Origin: Haliotis cracherodii
Lineage: Eukaryota
NCBI RefSeq assembly: GCF_022045235.1
Contig: NW_027266267.1
Coordinates: 29,698,001-29,762,000 of the forward strand
Direction: 5' to 3'
DNA length: 64,000 nucleotides
Part shown: piece after piece, positions 13,901-28,900 of the stretch
Position numbering within the stretch: position 1 is the stretch's first letter
Layout: each line of letters starts with the position of its first letter
Notes under the pieces: model-generated
The model's input: only the letters and a program-made list of their open reading frames with translations
The model's database searches: none
Told to the model about the DNA's origin: nothing
Program-made: the position numbers and the translations under genes

Positions 13901-16900
13901 ACAACAAATAAGAATTTTAATGAGTCAAAGTGTGGCGTTTATGATTATTGTATCCTTTCTCTATCAGCTTTAGGTCATGTCAAGGTGTCAATATCGGTAA
14001 TCTGACCGTTGTTCATGTTGTTGCTGTAAATAACAGGAGTTGTGCAGTCTACGATCACTTCACACATGATTTCTCCGAAATTAATGTTAAAGGGGCACTG
14101 ATCTAACGCAATTCCCCGGGACTGGTTGTTGCCTTTGTTATTGTTTTTTCCCAGTGAGTACCCGGATGTAGAGCAGAAATATAGACTAGTTCGCGACCTC
14201 TGCTGCGCCATTCGTAAGCGCATTAGTCACTTTAATGGGTAGTAATAAGGGCGTATGGTCACATTGATCAACAAAATGAAATACAGTTTTCGAGTGACTG
14301 AAAAACATTTCCATCTGTATTATTATGATAACGAATTCCAAACATTTTGATGTTTAATGTCATCACCAAGAGACTGAAAATGTTACGTTGAAAAGTACAT
14401 TTCTATGTTGTTTGGCTTCTAATAATCTGTTGTGATGTTTGTAGGCCCTTTTGATCGTCTTAATCAATCTACACAGACTTTTTAGTCTAAATGACTGAAA
14501 TATTTACACATTTTATAAATTGCCTGAGAGAATCACATTTTACAAATTGACGCTTACAAAGGAAAAGACCTGTGAAAACAATGTCTGTCGCGCATTGAAG
14601 AATTTCCCAACCAAAACGTAGAAAAACAAGAACGAATCGGTTCAAATGAAGGAAAACAAAATGCAAACATCATAATTACAACCCACCAAATTTATGTGTA
14701 TAAATTTTAGGCAGCTTCCTTGTTCGAAGAATGTATCCGTGAATATCCACACAAAGGAACAATATCCCACTCGTCTGCAGCTGTACAAAAAAAACTTATT
14801 CGATGTCACGTGTCTCAGTAACAATCAAATATTTTAAAAGATATATATCGTTTCGGGATATTATAACCCGTGTTCGTTTCTCAACAGATCACTTGGATTG
14901 TTTCAGGTGTTTTACATAGGTGTCAAGTCTAAATGGTCGGCTGAGAAAGCCCACGTGACAACTATTTTCATAACGTCCACGGTTCCTAAAAAATCCATTG
15001 AGTGATAGATAACAATGATCAATCAATCAACGTATTATCAGTTAACCCTTTGAACAAAGTATGTTGTTTTTACATCGGCACTTCACGCCATGATATGAGT
15101 GTATTCCCTTTGTTTTAGTAAACCTAGACATGTAAACACTCACTCTTGACATATCCACTGTGCAAGATAACAGTGATTAATCAATCAACGTATTTTCTGT
15201 TAATCCTTTGATGACTAGGAACGATCCGTTGATTTACAAAATAAAATAAATCAACTGATCATTCATCTCTTGCTGGGCTGCCACGTGCATATTACATAAC
15301 ACACATTCCACCTCACTTCAAACCTGGATTTAGATTGAATAATTACCCCCAGACACAATAAATGCCAAATGGGAACCTTTGTCAGGTAATCTAAGTGGTG
15401 CTGCCACTAATTGTACCTGTAATAAATTCATTAACTGAGCATCAAGTGAATGACGACAAATACACAAGTGTAGGTTATACGAGAACACGTGGATGACAAC
15501 AAGGGAGTAGTAATCGTATTATCGACGCAAGCCGAAAGCTCAGCTCCGCTGTTCTTTTTGCCTGTTGGTTTAGGCTGAAGAAATTAATTAACATGCGCCC
15601 TTTGTCGAAATCTTTATAGATCACAGTTAACCAATCAGTGTTTATGCAAAAGTGCGTAAAACAAATATTGCCTCCAGCCTCCAAGTTTATTGAGCTGTCC
15701 TTACAGACAGTAGACCAGTCTCTGGTCACGCTCAGTTGCGTTGCGTATCATTCGGGTACTCACGGGGGAAAAAACAATAACAAAGGCAACAACCAGTCCG
15801 GGGAATTGCGTTAGATCAGTGCCCCTTTAACAATATTGAATGATATTTTGAATAAATTTAATAAAATAGATTACAAACATTAGTCTGTATATACAATGAA
15901 CACAGATAGCGTAATAACAGGATTAATTGTGTTTTTCAGTACAGATTTGTTGACATGGTATTTCTGGTGTTATATGCTCATGATAATGTCTTTAGTTTGT
16001 GTTGGGGAATAAACACCAAGACTCATTGTGGTGTGTTTTTTGGGGGAAAAGTCTGCAGTGTACTCAAGAAAATATGATATATGTTGTGAAAGTGACCCTT
16101 GACTTCATTCTTTTATTTTTTTATTCATACATGAACGTCCACCAGCAACTGTCAAATATGAGGTGGGCGTGAGCAACACACAAATGTTCATTCACCGGAT
16201 CCCTGGTGAGAACTGACTAGTTACATGTTTCAAATTCTGCATGTGCATAACTTTGTTTTTAGCTCAAGACCTGCTTAGCAACTGGATGCAAGAGAAACTT
16301 CAGGTGGATGATGATGGTGATGAAGATGACCCTTGGCATCAGAGGGCAGTGCAGGCAGAGGTCAAGAGGGAATGGGATCATCTCCTTGACAACAGTGTCA
16401 ATGACTGGCAGCTGGATGTCACACCAAGGTCAAAGATCAAAATACCAAATAGAGGTACAGAAGAGCACCATCAGCAGTGTTTTCCTGTTTTCTGCATTGA
16501 GTTGTCTTTAGGAATACCAGTATAAACACACTGAAACAGTGAGGTGGACTCCATGTTTACATAGCATCTTCCCCATTCAGTTTGTTCAAGTAAGACTGGT
16601 TATTCTGTACAAAAGTATGTTGTTACGTATATATCATCAAGAATAGCAGTTTTGGGAAATGGTTAAAATAAATTACATTTGTCATTGGTTTCAATGAGAT
16701 TTAGAAAGTATTCAGTTAAAGCTTTCTCTCAGTATCTATATATAGAATACTAAATGAGCTCCTGTGTCATACCAGCTTTATGAAACGAATGAAGAGTTCT
16801 GGACTTTGACGAGCAAAAATAGTCATAACATGGCAGGGAGTTTAGTATTCTATTTATTACTTGCTGTTCAAAACTTTTTAGAATTTCACTGTCGTGTGTG

Positions 16901-19900
16901 AATAGGGCAGACATTGACACGATCCACAGCATAGTCCGTTTGTATTGAAGAGAATAATACTTCAAACAAGTCCAAAGTTGATACTTATTAAATTTGATCT
17001 TATCCTGACTCATACTTATGCTTATCTCTCTCTTTTCCGAATAGGTAGTGAAAACTTCCTGAGTTGTGTTCCCAGAGAACAGAGGAAACAGCTCACCCAA
17101 ATGCACCTTTGCTCCACGCATGCGCACCGGAACCATGTGACCAAGACCAGTAACTCATTACTCTCTCATTTTCATGCTATCTGCGTAGATGGAATTTTTT
17201 CCTGTGCTCCATAATCCAAAATTAACCTTTTTTAACAAAATGTTTTGCTTGGATTATCTTCTGCACTATTCTATACATCATATCTGATGATTATTTTGTT
17301 TACACCACACCAGCATTCATGCAGGCTCCTGCCTTCCTGCAGCCACCAGCGTTTACACTACCTAATACATTTGCACAACCTACCTTTTTTACACAAGGTA
17401 CATTGCCAATGCCAGCTATTAATACAGATATTATAGCAAATATAGTGTAATGGCTATGTAACAGCAATACGGAGAAGTAAACAGCAGGCCTATGGTCAGA
17501 AGCAGAAAAGCTCTAACACATCAATTATCTGGAATACGAGGCAGTAATCCATGCAATATTTCACTGGGCCCCACAGTTAAGAAACCAACGTCTGATGATC
17601 AGAACAGACTGTTCAACTGTGGCATACAATATAAATGTTTAAGGCACGATGAAATCAGAGACCCTCCTGAAGTTGACGTTCAACTTTACGAGCTGGTAGA
17701 CAATCTGAACTTAACGATAACGGCAAGACATATACCAAGAGCCTGGTCAATTGATGGTCTGTCAATATCATGGGAGAGCCTAAATGCATATGCGTTACCA
17801 GCTTTGATACCACGGATACTACAAAAAAAATCCAACACAAGAGCCTCCTACAGCTACTTTTGGTAGCACCTTACTGTCAGGCGAGAACTTGTCGGACTAT
17901 CAGGGAATCCAATACTAAAGCTTCCAATCGGGCCAAATCTACTGCTACATTCTCACTCCAATCAGGTCCAGCCAAAACCAGATCTATACGAACATCACGT
18001 ATGAAACTTATCAAGAGCTGTCTCGTAAAAAGAGGATATTCTGTTAGAGCAGCAAAGTCAGTGTCCTTAGCACCTAGGAGATCAACAAGAAATCTCTATG
18101 ACGATAAATGGAAAAGTTTTGACCAGTTTGCGTGATCCAAGGGTTTTCTGCAGCTAAAGCTACTATACCACAAGTAGCAGATTGCCTATGTCACTTAAGA
18201 AGTACAAGGAATCTTAAAGGTTTGACACTGTGCACTTATTTGGCTGCTATCAGTTCTGAACTGACTATGGCTAACAGAATAAAACTTACTAAAGTTCCCG
18301 AACTGAAAAGCTCTACTCAGATCTTTCGGACTTGAGGACTAACAGAAAATATTTAGAGCCCCAGCATGGGACCTGAATATAGTGCTACAACACCTAACCA
18401 GTGATGCATATGAACCTCTCAAGCAGGCTGACTTTGGACGCCTTTGGAAACCCTATTTCTTCAGGCATTAGCTACGGCAGCCAGAATGTCTTTAGATCCA
18501 TGCGATAGACTTCAATCTCATTACATTTGACAGTTCTAACAACACATCAGTGTACTTTGGCTTAAGATGGGACTTTATTGCAAAGAACCAGTTACCAGGC
18601 CAACTAGACATGCTCTTTCCTCCATCCTGGTTGCAAATGATACAAATGATTTATCCCTATGCCCGGTCAGAGCCTTAAGAATATACCTACAAAAGTCTAA
18701 TCTAGAAGACAAGGTTTAAAGAGACCTGTTATTCCTTTGTTAAGGAATACACACACAGAAGTATTCAGAAAAGCTATCTCATTCTGGATGAGAGCTGTTA
18801 TTCTCAGAGCATACAGAGCAGCGGGAATGGACCCCCCTTCAGCCTCCAACCCTCACGAAGTAAGAACCTTAGCCTCAACTTTGGCACTTCTCCATACCAC
18901 AGTTATGGAAGGCTGTTTCTGGAAATCAGCTACAGTTTTTGCCAATCACTAGCTCAGAGACCTTGCCACAGAAGTCTTAGCTGGTATTCACCAATTCGGA
19001 CCATTGTTTGTGGCACAAATCCTACCAGACGACACTAAAAGATCACACTCGCCCAATATCAAGTAGACTTGTTGACGTCAGGTTACTGTTCCATAACCAA
19101 CGACTGAGGGTCCATAACCCCTGTTTTAATATGTAATTTAGCACATGAGTGAGAAACAATTGTGTTAAGATTATTGCTCTTCTCTTAACACCCTAATCGT
19201 TTAAGGGAACAAGATTCTAGAATCTTGGAAACCCTACAAATCCACAAATCTATATGTTTTACTTACATTGTTGCTGCCCACATTAAAGGAAGGTGGTACC
19301 CCCAAAAAAGAAACAACACAGAAGATTAACAACGTTCCTATGGGGTTTTATAGAACAGACCGATGTTAATCACACATACAGGTGGAACCCACCACCTACT
19401 GTGAGATTCAAGCATAAGTATGAGTCAGGAAAAGATAAAATATGTATTTCTTAGAGTAAAAATATCATTTATACTTATCCTGACTCATACAAATGAGTAC
19501 CCTCCCGGCCTTCCCCTCTTTCCACTGATGTGTTATGGACCATTAAGTAGGAAAATAGAGAGAGTGATGAGTTACTGCGTTTGGTCACATGGTTCTGGAG
19601 CCCATGCGCAGAGTAAGGGTGTGTTTGGGTGAGCTGTTTTCTCTGTTCTCTGGGAACACAGCACAGGAAGTTTCCACTACCTATTCGGAAAAGAGAGATA
19701 TAATCATTAGTAGGAGTCAAGATACGTATATATGATATTTGTACCCTAAAAATACATTTCCATACCACACAATGGTCCACCTTTAGCATGTTCAGAATTC
19801 AGGAGTCCATTTCTTAGAAACTTTTGTAGTCCCAAGGTTATCCATAACATTCATATACATGGAGTGTCGTTGTGCTAAGATCGCCTTGTGGCGACATGAT

Positions 19901-22900
19901 TTGTGGAATGTTTTTGCAAGGTCCACTGGCAGAACAATGTCTGAGTCATGTGTAGTGAGCCTCGCAACAGGGTTGATGGTGTCATCTAGTGTGTATAAGG
20001 TCCTCTCAGTGATCTGTCATCTCTACACGCAATGTCGTTGAAAAAGTCCAGCGATGTTGAGAGTTTTCAATTTTTATTGTGAAACTTGTTCCCGAAGGAC
20101 ATAAGCACATGCTTTGGTATTACACAATGTGTAATACAGCTGTATGTTTATTAAACAAGTGATCTCTTCATGGGCAAGTAATAAACGTAGATAAAAAATA
20201 TTTGAAACATCAAAACTAATGTACTAGAAACAACCAAGAATCTTGTACGTGATCAGAATTCTGACTTCACTACTCCAAAAATGCATTGCAGTAAAATGAT
20301 ATAATTACAATCTTTTTTATGTCCAAATTATTTCTACAAGTATATTACTGGTGATGTGTTTAGAACAACTACAATTAAATGGGATGGTTGATAGTCAGTG
20401 AGTTTGGTGCTTACTAGTTACCTACATGGCAGTTGGATAAAATGCATCAGAACCCACTATTTGTGTTTAACTTGTGGTGTTAAATAGCACAGCCCTCACT
20501 GCTATCATGTCACAGAGTGATGCATACTTGTGCTATGGTTATAGACCCCTACTCCACCCTAAACTACTCTGATGACGAGGATGCTGTTGGGATGATACTG
20601 AGCAACATGATGCAGAAGCCAGTGGTGAGGGAGGAGTTCCTCAACGACCTTGGCCTTGGGGAGGAGGAGCAGAGGAAGAAGCACGATCCTCGGATAAAGA
20701 TGGAACTCCGACACAAACAGGTGTGGCAGAAAGACAAAATCCTCTTTCTAGTTTTGAATTGATGGTATTGACTGTAGTGTTTGGGTATTCCACCACGCCA
20801 AGGTGTACCAGTAACAATCCAGGCTCTACCACAATCCATATTGTACAGGCAGTTCATTTGTTGCCACTGACCATCACTGCCCACAACAATACCTGCAGCC
20901 ACATAACAATATAACCTCTAACCATCACTGCCCGCAACAATACCTGCAGCCACATAACAATATAACCTCTAACCATCACTGCCCACAACAATACCTGCAG
21001 CCACATAACAATATAACCTCTAACCATCACAGCCCACAACAATATCTGCAGCCACATAACAATATAACCTCTAACCATCACTACCCACAACAATACCTGC
21101 AGCCACATAACAATATAACCTCTAACCATCACAGCCCACAACAATACCTGCAGCCACATAACAATATAACATCTATCCATCACTACCCACAACAATACCT
21201 GCAGCCACATAACAATATAACATCTAACCATCACTGCCCACAACAATACCTGCAGCCACATAACAATATAACATCTAACCATCACTGCCCACAACAATAC
21301 CTGCAGCCACATAACAATATAACCTCTATCCATCACTACCCACAACAATACCTGCAGCCACATAACAATATAACATCTAACCATCACTGCCCACAACAAT
21401 ACCTGCAGCCACATAACAATATAACATCTATCCATCACTACCCACAACAATACCTGCAGCCACATAACAATATAACCTCTAACCATCACTGCCCACAACA
21501 ATACCTGCAGCCACATAACAATATAACCTCTAACCATCACTGCCCACAACAATACCTGCAGCCACATAACAATATGACCTCTAACCATCACTGCCCACAA
21601 CAATACCTGCAGCCACATAACAATATAACCTCTAACCATCACTGCCCACAACAATACCTGCAGCCACATAACAATATAACCTCTAACCATCACTGCCCAC
21701 AACAATACCTGCAGCCACATAACAATATAACCTCTAACCATCACTGCCCACAACAATGCCTGCAGCCACATAACAATATAACCTCTAACCATCACTACCC
21801 ACAACAATACCTGCAGCCACATAACAATATGACCTCTAACCATCACTGCCCACAACAATACCTGCAGCCACATAACAATATAACCTCTAACCATCACTGC
21901 CCACAACAATACCTGCAGCCACATAACAATATAACCTCTAACCATCACTGCCCACAACAATACCTGCAGCCACATAACAATATAACCTCTAACCATCACT
22001 GCCCACAACAATGCCTGCAGCCACATAACAATATAACCTCTAACCATCACTGCCCACAACAATACCTGCAGCCACATAACAATATAACCTCTAACCATCA
22101 CTGCCCACAACAATACCTGCAGCCACATAACAATATAACCTCTAACCATCACTGCCCACAACAATACCTGCAGCCACATAACAATATAACCTCTAACTAT
22201 CACTGCCCACAACAATACCTGCAGCCACATAACAATATGACCTCTGGACTTGGTCAGTTGAGCTGATGATGTCCATCCACTTATCAATGGTCTGTTGTGA
22301 TGGACAAAGTCTCTGGATTGCCATGCTGTTATACTGCAGAAAAAAGGAAAACCTTACCCTGTGATGGAAGACTTTGTTTGACATGTGTCTGAATGTAAGG
22401 TCTATTCTCTTGCCTTTTTGAGGAGCAGGTATGTCCACAAGAATAACAAGCATATTTGAAAGAAAATATCAACCACTGACAAGACAATGTTGCCATGGTA
22501 TTTTGTAAAAATTTTCAAATTATCCTGCATTACCCTTTAATGCATTTACTGCTGTCTTTTGACAGAGACGACCTGTGTAAGATCCAGCTGCTGAAGAAAA
22601 TGTGTGCCAACCAGTATAGGCAGCACCCTTGCACAGTCGGCACGTGACTCGGAAGTTATGACGTCACCATCAAAACACATAACTGCTTTGTCAACCTCCA
22701 CGGACGGACGTATATTGTATCCATTTAAAGCATTATTTTACAAACTTTGCATTGTTTCTACAACAGAAGGCTGCTATGTTGTTTATTGTTTATGGTTTGT
22801 TACCTTTGGGTTTCTCCCATACATAATTGGTAATGTTTATCGCTCATTTGTGGCTTTAGTCACAGTACTTTACAGGTGTATTGTTGTTTCCGGCCATTTT

Positions 22901-25900
22901 GTTTTTTCCCTCCATTTGTGCAATTCACCACATGTCCACGTACTCGTGTTTTGTGTTTTGTGTTTTGAATTTGTTATTTGTCTCGTGTATTACACTAAAA
23001 TTAGTTGTTATTTTGGCATGTTTAAGGCATTGTTTTTTTCCTACCTTTTAGTGTAATTGTTTTCTCTTATAAACTTTTATAACATGAAACTTTTTGAGTT
23101 ACATTATGCTTCCGGATGTGTGTTTGTACGTCATATTGATTTTATGCCTCGCTGCTCTAACTGCCGTGGGAACAAATCTAGTCTAGACCCCCACCCCTGC
23201 TGCCTTGACTGTACTATGCCTTGTACCCTCACAGCGCAGTGCCGATATTGCAGTCCCTTGTTCCTTATCTATGAGTATCCATGAAATGCCTCACTCAACG
23301 TGTACGTCGACGCCCAGACACAGCTTACAACTTAGAGTCTGCCTCTTTCATCATGATAGATGACTGATGTCTTTTACACCTCCCTTGCCGTCTGGCGCCT
23401 TGGACTTCTGCGGCGCCTCGGACTTCTGCAGCGCCTCTGGCGCATTGGACATCTGTGGTGCCTATCATTTATGGACACTTAACCCAACATGTGCTCCCGT
23501 CTCCCTTCATGGATCCAACCTGGATGCAAGCGTTCATGCAGTTGTTGTTTACTCAAGCAACTCCAGCCACAGCAGCGCCGGCGGTGCCTCCTACGATGCT
23601 GGTGCCACTAACGTCCCTGATTACTGACTCTCTGATGCCTGTTGCTCCGGATGTTCGTCATCCGTCCTCATTCGTCATATGCCTCAGCGCCACTCTTCCA
23701 TGTCCTCTCGATTCTGCCGTCGTTCTAGAAGTAGCTCACCCGTTGTTCCTCTTCATCGGAGGGATCTTTTTGACTTGATTATGATCTCCCGAGATCTCCC
23801 GAGATCTCCCGAGATTGAGACATACGTCCCAGGTAGCTGATTGGCTGGCTGACTATTTGTCCTCTGTCGCTCCCTCCCTGGGCACCGATGTCGACCAAAT
23901 ATTTCTATCTGGTCAAACCCGACCTCGTTCCACCATTCCCACCACTTCGTCGTTCTTTTAAACCACTCTCTACTCTTGCCTCCTCCGCCAGAGCCATAGG
24001 CCAAGATCTAATCCTAATAGGATCGACCACTTACTGACCGTCATGACCTTTCAATTCGAAATCAACTGAGGACCGCTCTAGACTTTTAGGGTACTTGGCA
24101 CTCACGGAATGGGATTCCGAGTTCAAGCGATCTTTACTACGTCAAACCTGGTCGGGACATACCCTCTTTAATACCCTCTACCCACGCTAGGGTCTCCAGT
24201 TTTGCAAGGGACGAAATGACTCTCAGAGCCCTGTTACCCACCAGTCAGCGGCCAAGTCAGAGGCAATTACAAACCTTGCCGCTCCTCCCTCAAGGACGCT
24301 CCCCAAAACACCTCACCCTTTCATGGCCTAGGGCATGGTCATGGAAACTCTTGTGGTTCCTACCAGCCCCAATGTGATTGTCATTCCAGCAAGGGTGCCG
24401 ATTCGAAATCCAAGTGTTGACCCGTTAGACTTCAACGACTGGGACCTCCCACCCCGAGTTGTTCCGGTCACCGACACGTCTATGGGTGGGAGACAAGGGC
24501 AGTTTTGGAGAATTTGGACGATACTAGAGGACCCGTTCGTGACAAACGTCCTCAGTCAGGGGTACCAGCTCCCACTGGCACTACATCCTCTTCTGACGTC
24601 CACTCTGACGGCATATTCACCACACCAATATCATCTCCTTCGCGACAGCGTCGACACCTTGCTTCGGAAGGAGGCCATATAGGTTGTGCACAACCCGATT
24701 CAGAGCCCGTGTTGTGCACAACCTCTATGACTTTTCTCCCCGATATTTTTGGTTTCCAAGAAGAGCACCACCAAAATTTGCATGATTCACTACCTCTCGA
24801 TTTTCAACCTGTGTTAACTGGTACGTCCTCCTTACTTCCAGATGACCATGTTGAGGCTGCTCAGGACAAGAATCAAAGCAGGCGATTCCCTGATCAGCCA
24901 TGACATCCAGGACGCCTATCTTCATGTACCCATCCACCCCAATGACCGGCGCTTCCTCAGGTTTTTTTCAATGGTACCCATTACCATTTGGAATTTCCAC
25001 GGACCTGTGGCTTTTCACACGGATCACAAAGACTGTGGCTGCCTATCTACACCTGAGGAACGTCAACATCGATCCCTACATCCCTAGTGTCTTCTCAACA
25101 ACCCGGGACTCGGAGTTGCTACTTCACCACAGGAATTTTACCCTGTGAATCTTCCATCAGTTTGGGTAGATCATCAATCAGACAAAGTGGGAGCTGACCC
25201 CATCCCTCTGTCTGCAGTTCATCGGTGGCCTGTTTCTCACGAAGCAGGACGTCCTTCAAGTTCCCAGAGACAGGTGGTTGAAAATCCTTGCCCACCTCCG
25301 CCCTGCTCTCAAGGGCCTTCTCACCTCGACTCAAGACCTGACTGCCAGGGGTCGCCTTCAACTCCGTCCCATTCAACGGTTTCTCGCCGCCTTCATTTGG
25401 TGCCAGGATCCAGAGATTCTCATCGACCTCCTGGTTCACCTACACCCATTTCTCCGGTGGTAGACGACGGCGTCTCCTTGACCGTGCTACAGCCTACACT
25501 GCACCTGTCGACGCATCCAAACAGGGTTGGGGGGCTCACTTTGACACGCAAACCGTTGCATGGCTGTCATCCGGAGATGGACTCCACTGGGACAGCAACA
25601 ACTTCGAATTAGAAGCTCTTATCCTGGTCATCTCTCACTCGCAGAGCACCCTCCGTCGCACCCAGTTGACCATCTCCATGGACAACATCACCGAGGTGTG
25701 GTGTCTGAGGAATCAGGGTACTCTCCACTCTCTAAACCAGACCTTCCGATTCTTCGACCTGGTAGACAGATTAGACCTGCAATTCCTTGTTCAACACATT
25801 CCAGGTTGCAAGAATGTTCTGGCAGATGCTCTGTCCAGGCCGAACAAGGTGTCTCCCACCGAAAGGAAGCTCCACCCAGAGCACTTCGCCAGACTTTGTC

Positions 25901-28900
25901 AAGCGATCGACACCCCAAACATTGATCTGTTTGCCACATCTTAGAACTGCCAGCTGTCAACTTACATTTTACCGGTGCTGGATCCGGCTGCTGTGTCAGT
26001 TGACGCCTTCAGTGTTCCCTTGGAAGGATTAAACATGTATGCTTTTCCGCCCCCGGTTTCTTCTTCCCAGGGTTCTTCAAAAGATCCAGGCCACTTGGAA
26101 CCTGACACAGATTTTGTTCGCGCCTATTCAACCTCCGAAACATCGCCAGAGACAACCCCCCGGAACTACCGGCGTGGCCCAACCTTCTGTTCCACCCACA
26201 CAGTCTGTTGCCTTGGTTTCGTCTGCACATGTGCAGAAAGCCCTAGGAGCCAAGGGCTATTCAGTTAGAGCAGCCAAGGCTATTGCATTAGCCCATGGTC
26301 AATCTACACGGGGACTGTATGATGATAAATGGTGCTCGTTCCAGGCATTCTGCTCAGACAAACACCAGGATCCGATGACAGCGTCACCGCAGTTCCTTGC
26401 AGAGTTCCTTCTTTCCTTGCGCAGCACACGTCGGTTGAAAGGCTCAATCTCCACATACTTGGTCGCCATCAACTCCCTTCTTCCAAACCCGGATGATTGG
26501 AGAATGACGAAAATGCCCGAACTCCAGGCCTTGCTGTGCTCGTTCCATCTTGAAGACCAGAAAGCCAAGTTCAGACAGCCTGCGTGGGATCTGTATGTGG
26601 TCTTACAGCCTCTTCGGACAGCTTCTTAGAACCACTCCACTCGTCTTCCTTCTTCGACCTAACAAAGAAGATGGTGTTTCTACTGGCCTTGGCTACTGCC
26701 GCTTGGGTCAGTGAGCTCCACGCCCTCCACGTTTCCCGTGTCCGGTTTGTAATCGGTACTCAGGGCGCCATTCATCTGGGGATGTGCTGGGACTTCATGG
26801 CAAAGAATTAACTCCCAGGACAGCCTCATAGATCATTCACCTCTCTCGTCGACTGTGCGAGGGTGCTGCCTATACTGGTTAAAACAACTTTTTTTTCAGC
26901 AGATGGATCTCACACAGTTCGTCTCTCTGTCAAAAGACAGCAGTAAATACATGAAGGAGTAATGCAGGATAAGTATACAAATGTAAAAAATATTTAGTTT
27001 TTACTAATTCTGCATTCTGAGTGATCCACCAGTGGTATTGATTCCATGTTAGATCATGGTTTAGTTTTTTCAAATTCATTGAAACAATGAAGAACAAATG
27101 AAGTTATGTTATAACCTCATCATAAATCTTGGTCTTCGGTTGCCTCACACTGGGGGACTGTTGTAAATGCAGAATTTAGTGACTTTTAACCAGAGTGCAG
27201 TGTTGATTGTCAGGTGAAGGAAAACCGGGAAAAGAGAGAGCGTGATTTGGAGAAGAAGTGGAGAGAACAGCAGGAAAAGAAGGATTCATTCCATAAGGCC
27301 AAGCAGATGGTTATACAGGTGGGTGGAGCTAAGTAGATGGTTATACAGGTGGGTGAAGCCAAGGATATGGTTATACAGGGAGGCGGAGCCAAGTGGATGG
27401 TAACACATGTGGGTGGAGCCAAGGATATGGTTATACAGGTGGGTGGAGCTGAGCAGATGGTTATACAGGTAGGTGGAGCCAAGCAAATGTTGAGACATAG
27501 AAGTGGGTGGAGCTAGACAGATGATGATGCATGAAGTGGGAGGAGCTAGACAGATGATGATACAGGGCGTGGGTGGCACTAGACAGATGATGATGCGGGA
27601 AGTGGGAGGAGCTAGACAGATGATGATACAGGGAGTGGGAGGAACTAGACAGATGATGATTCGTGAAGTGGGAGGAGCTAGACAGATGATGATAAAGGGA
27701 GTGGGTGGCACTAGACAGATGATGATGCGGGAAGTGGGAGGAGCTAGACAGATGATGATACAGGGAGTGGGAGGAACTAGACAGATGATGATGCATGAAG
27801 TGGGTGGAGCTAGACAGATGATGATACAGGGAGTGGGTGGCACTAGACAGATGATGATGCGGGAAGTGGGAGGAGCTAGACAGATGATGATACAGGCAGT
27901 GGGTGGAGCTAGACAGATGATGATACAGGCAGTGGGTGGAGTTAGACAGATGATGATACAGGCAGTGGGTGGAGCTAGACAGATGATGATACAGGCAGTG
28001 GGTGGTTCTAGACAGATGATGATACAGGCAGTGGGTGGAGCTAGACAGATGATGATACAGGCAGTGGGTGGCACTAGACAGATGATGATGCATGAAGTGG
28101 GAGGAGCTAGACAGATGATGATACAGGCAGTGGGTGGCACTAGACAGATGATGATATGGGGAGTGGGAGAAGCTAGACAGATCATGATACAGGGAGTGGG
28201 TGGCGCTAGACAGATGATGATGCGGGAAGTAGGTGGCACTAAACAAATGATCAAAAGGAGAGTGGGGGAGCTAGTCAGATGATAAGTAGAGGAGATAAGA
28301 TGACAGATGGGGTGGAATATTAAGTTATTGTGGACTGTTGTGCAGGAGGAGCGAGATCGGGACCTGAAAGTGAGGCGAGAGGAGCAGGAACTGAAGAAGG
28401 AGATGGCTCGCATCAGGAAGGAGATGCTGGAGGAGAGACATAAGCAGCAGGAGCAGAGAGACAGGTCACCCATCTTCACAGTCAATCGTAGAACCCAAAC
28501 TGAGAAATGGTCACTTTCCTGTAACTATGTTCTGAAGTTATCATAACACTGCTTTTCAGTCTTTACCAATAGAACCACCAGTCATCACTATGTCCAATAA
28601 GGAAATAGAACTTCGAAGTTTGAAAGTACCTCAAACACCACAATGACAAATTTTTCGAAACAAGGATTGAACTGACTGATATTTGATAGTCAAGGATTTA
28701 TGTGGAATAATATGCGGAGATTTATGAATTTGTGAAAATATCCAAATATCCTAGATTTGAGTACAGCACGGCCACACAAGTCACTGAAAGTGTGTTGTCT
28801 GCTGCAGAGAGCGGCGAGCCCGTGAGGAGCTGGCCCAGGAGGCGAGGGAGGAGCTGGCCAGACAGACGGAGCAGGAGCGATGCCAGCAACAGCAGCATCA

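Noticed and set aside
20868-22245. Counting this array (and 30143-31312, 34998-35356, 48690-49414, 55386-57020) as splice-junction-derived
   Set aside because: The units lack the neighbouring junction sequence and lie 25 bp or more from any splice site; excluded from the main finding as counter-examples
20854-22287. 477-aa hydrophobic ORF resembling a multi-pass membrane protein
   Set aside because: The 17-aa period is just the 51-bp repeat; no unique flanking coding sequence
27286-28485. Overlapping 259-399 aa repeat ORFs
   Set aside because: Products of the 30/33-bp array within CCDC191 intron 6
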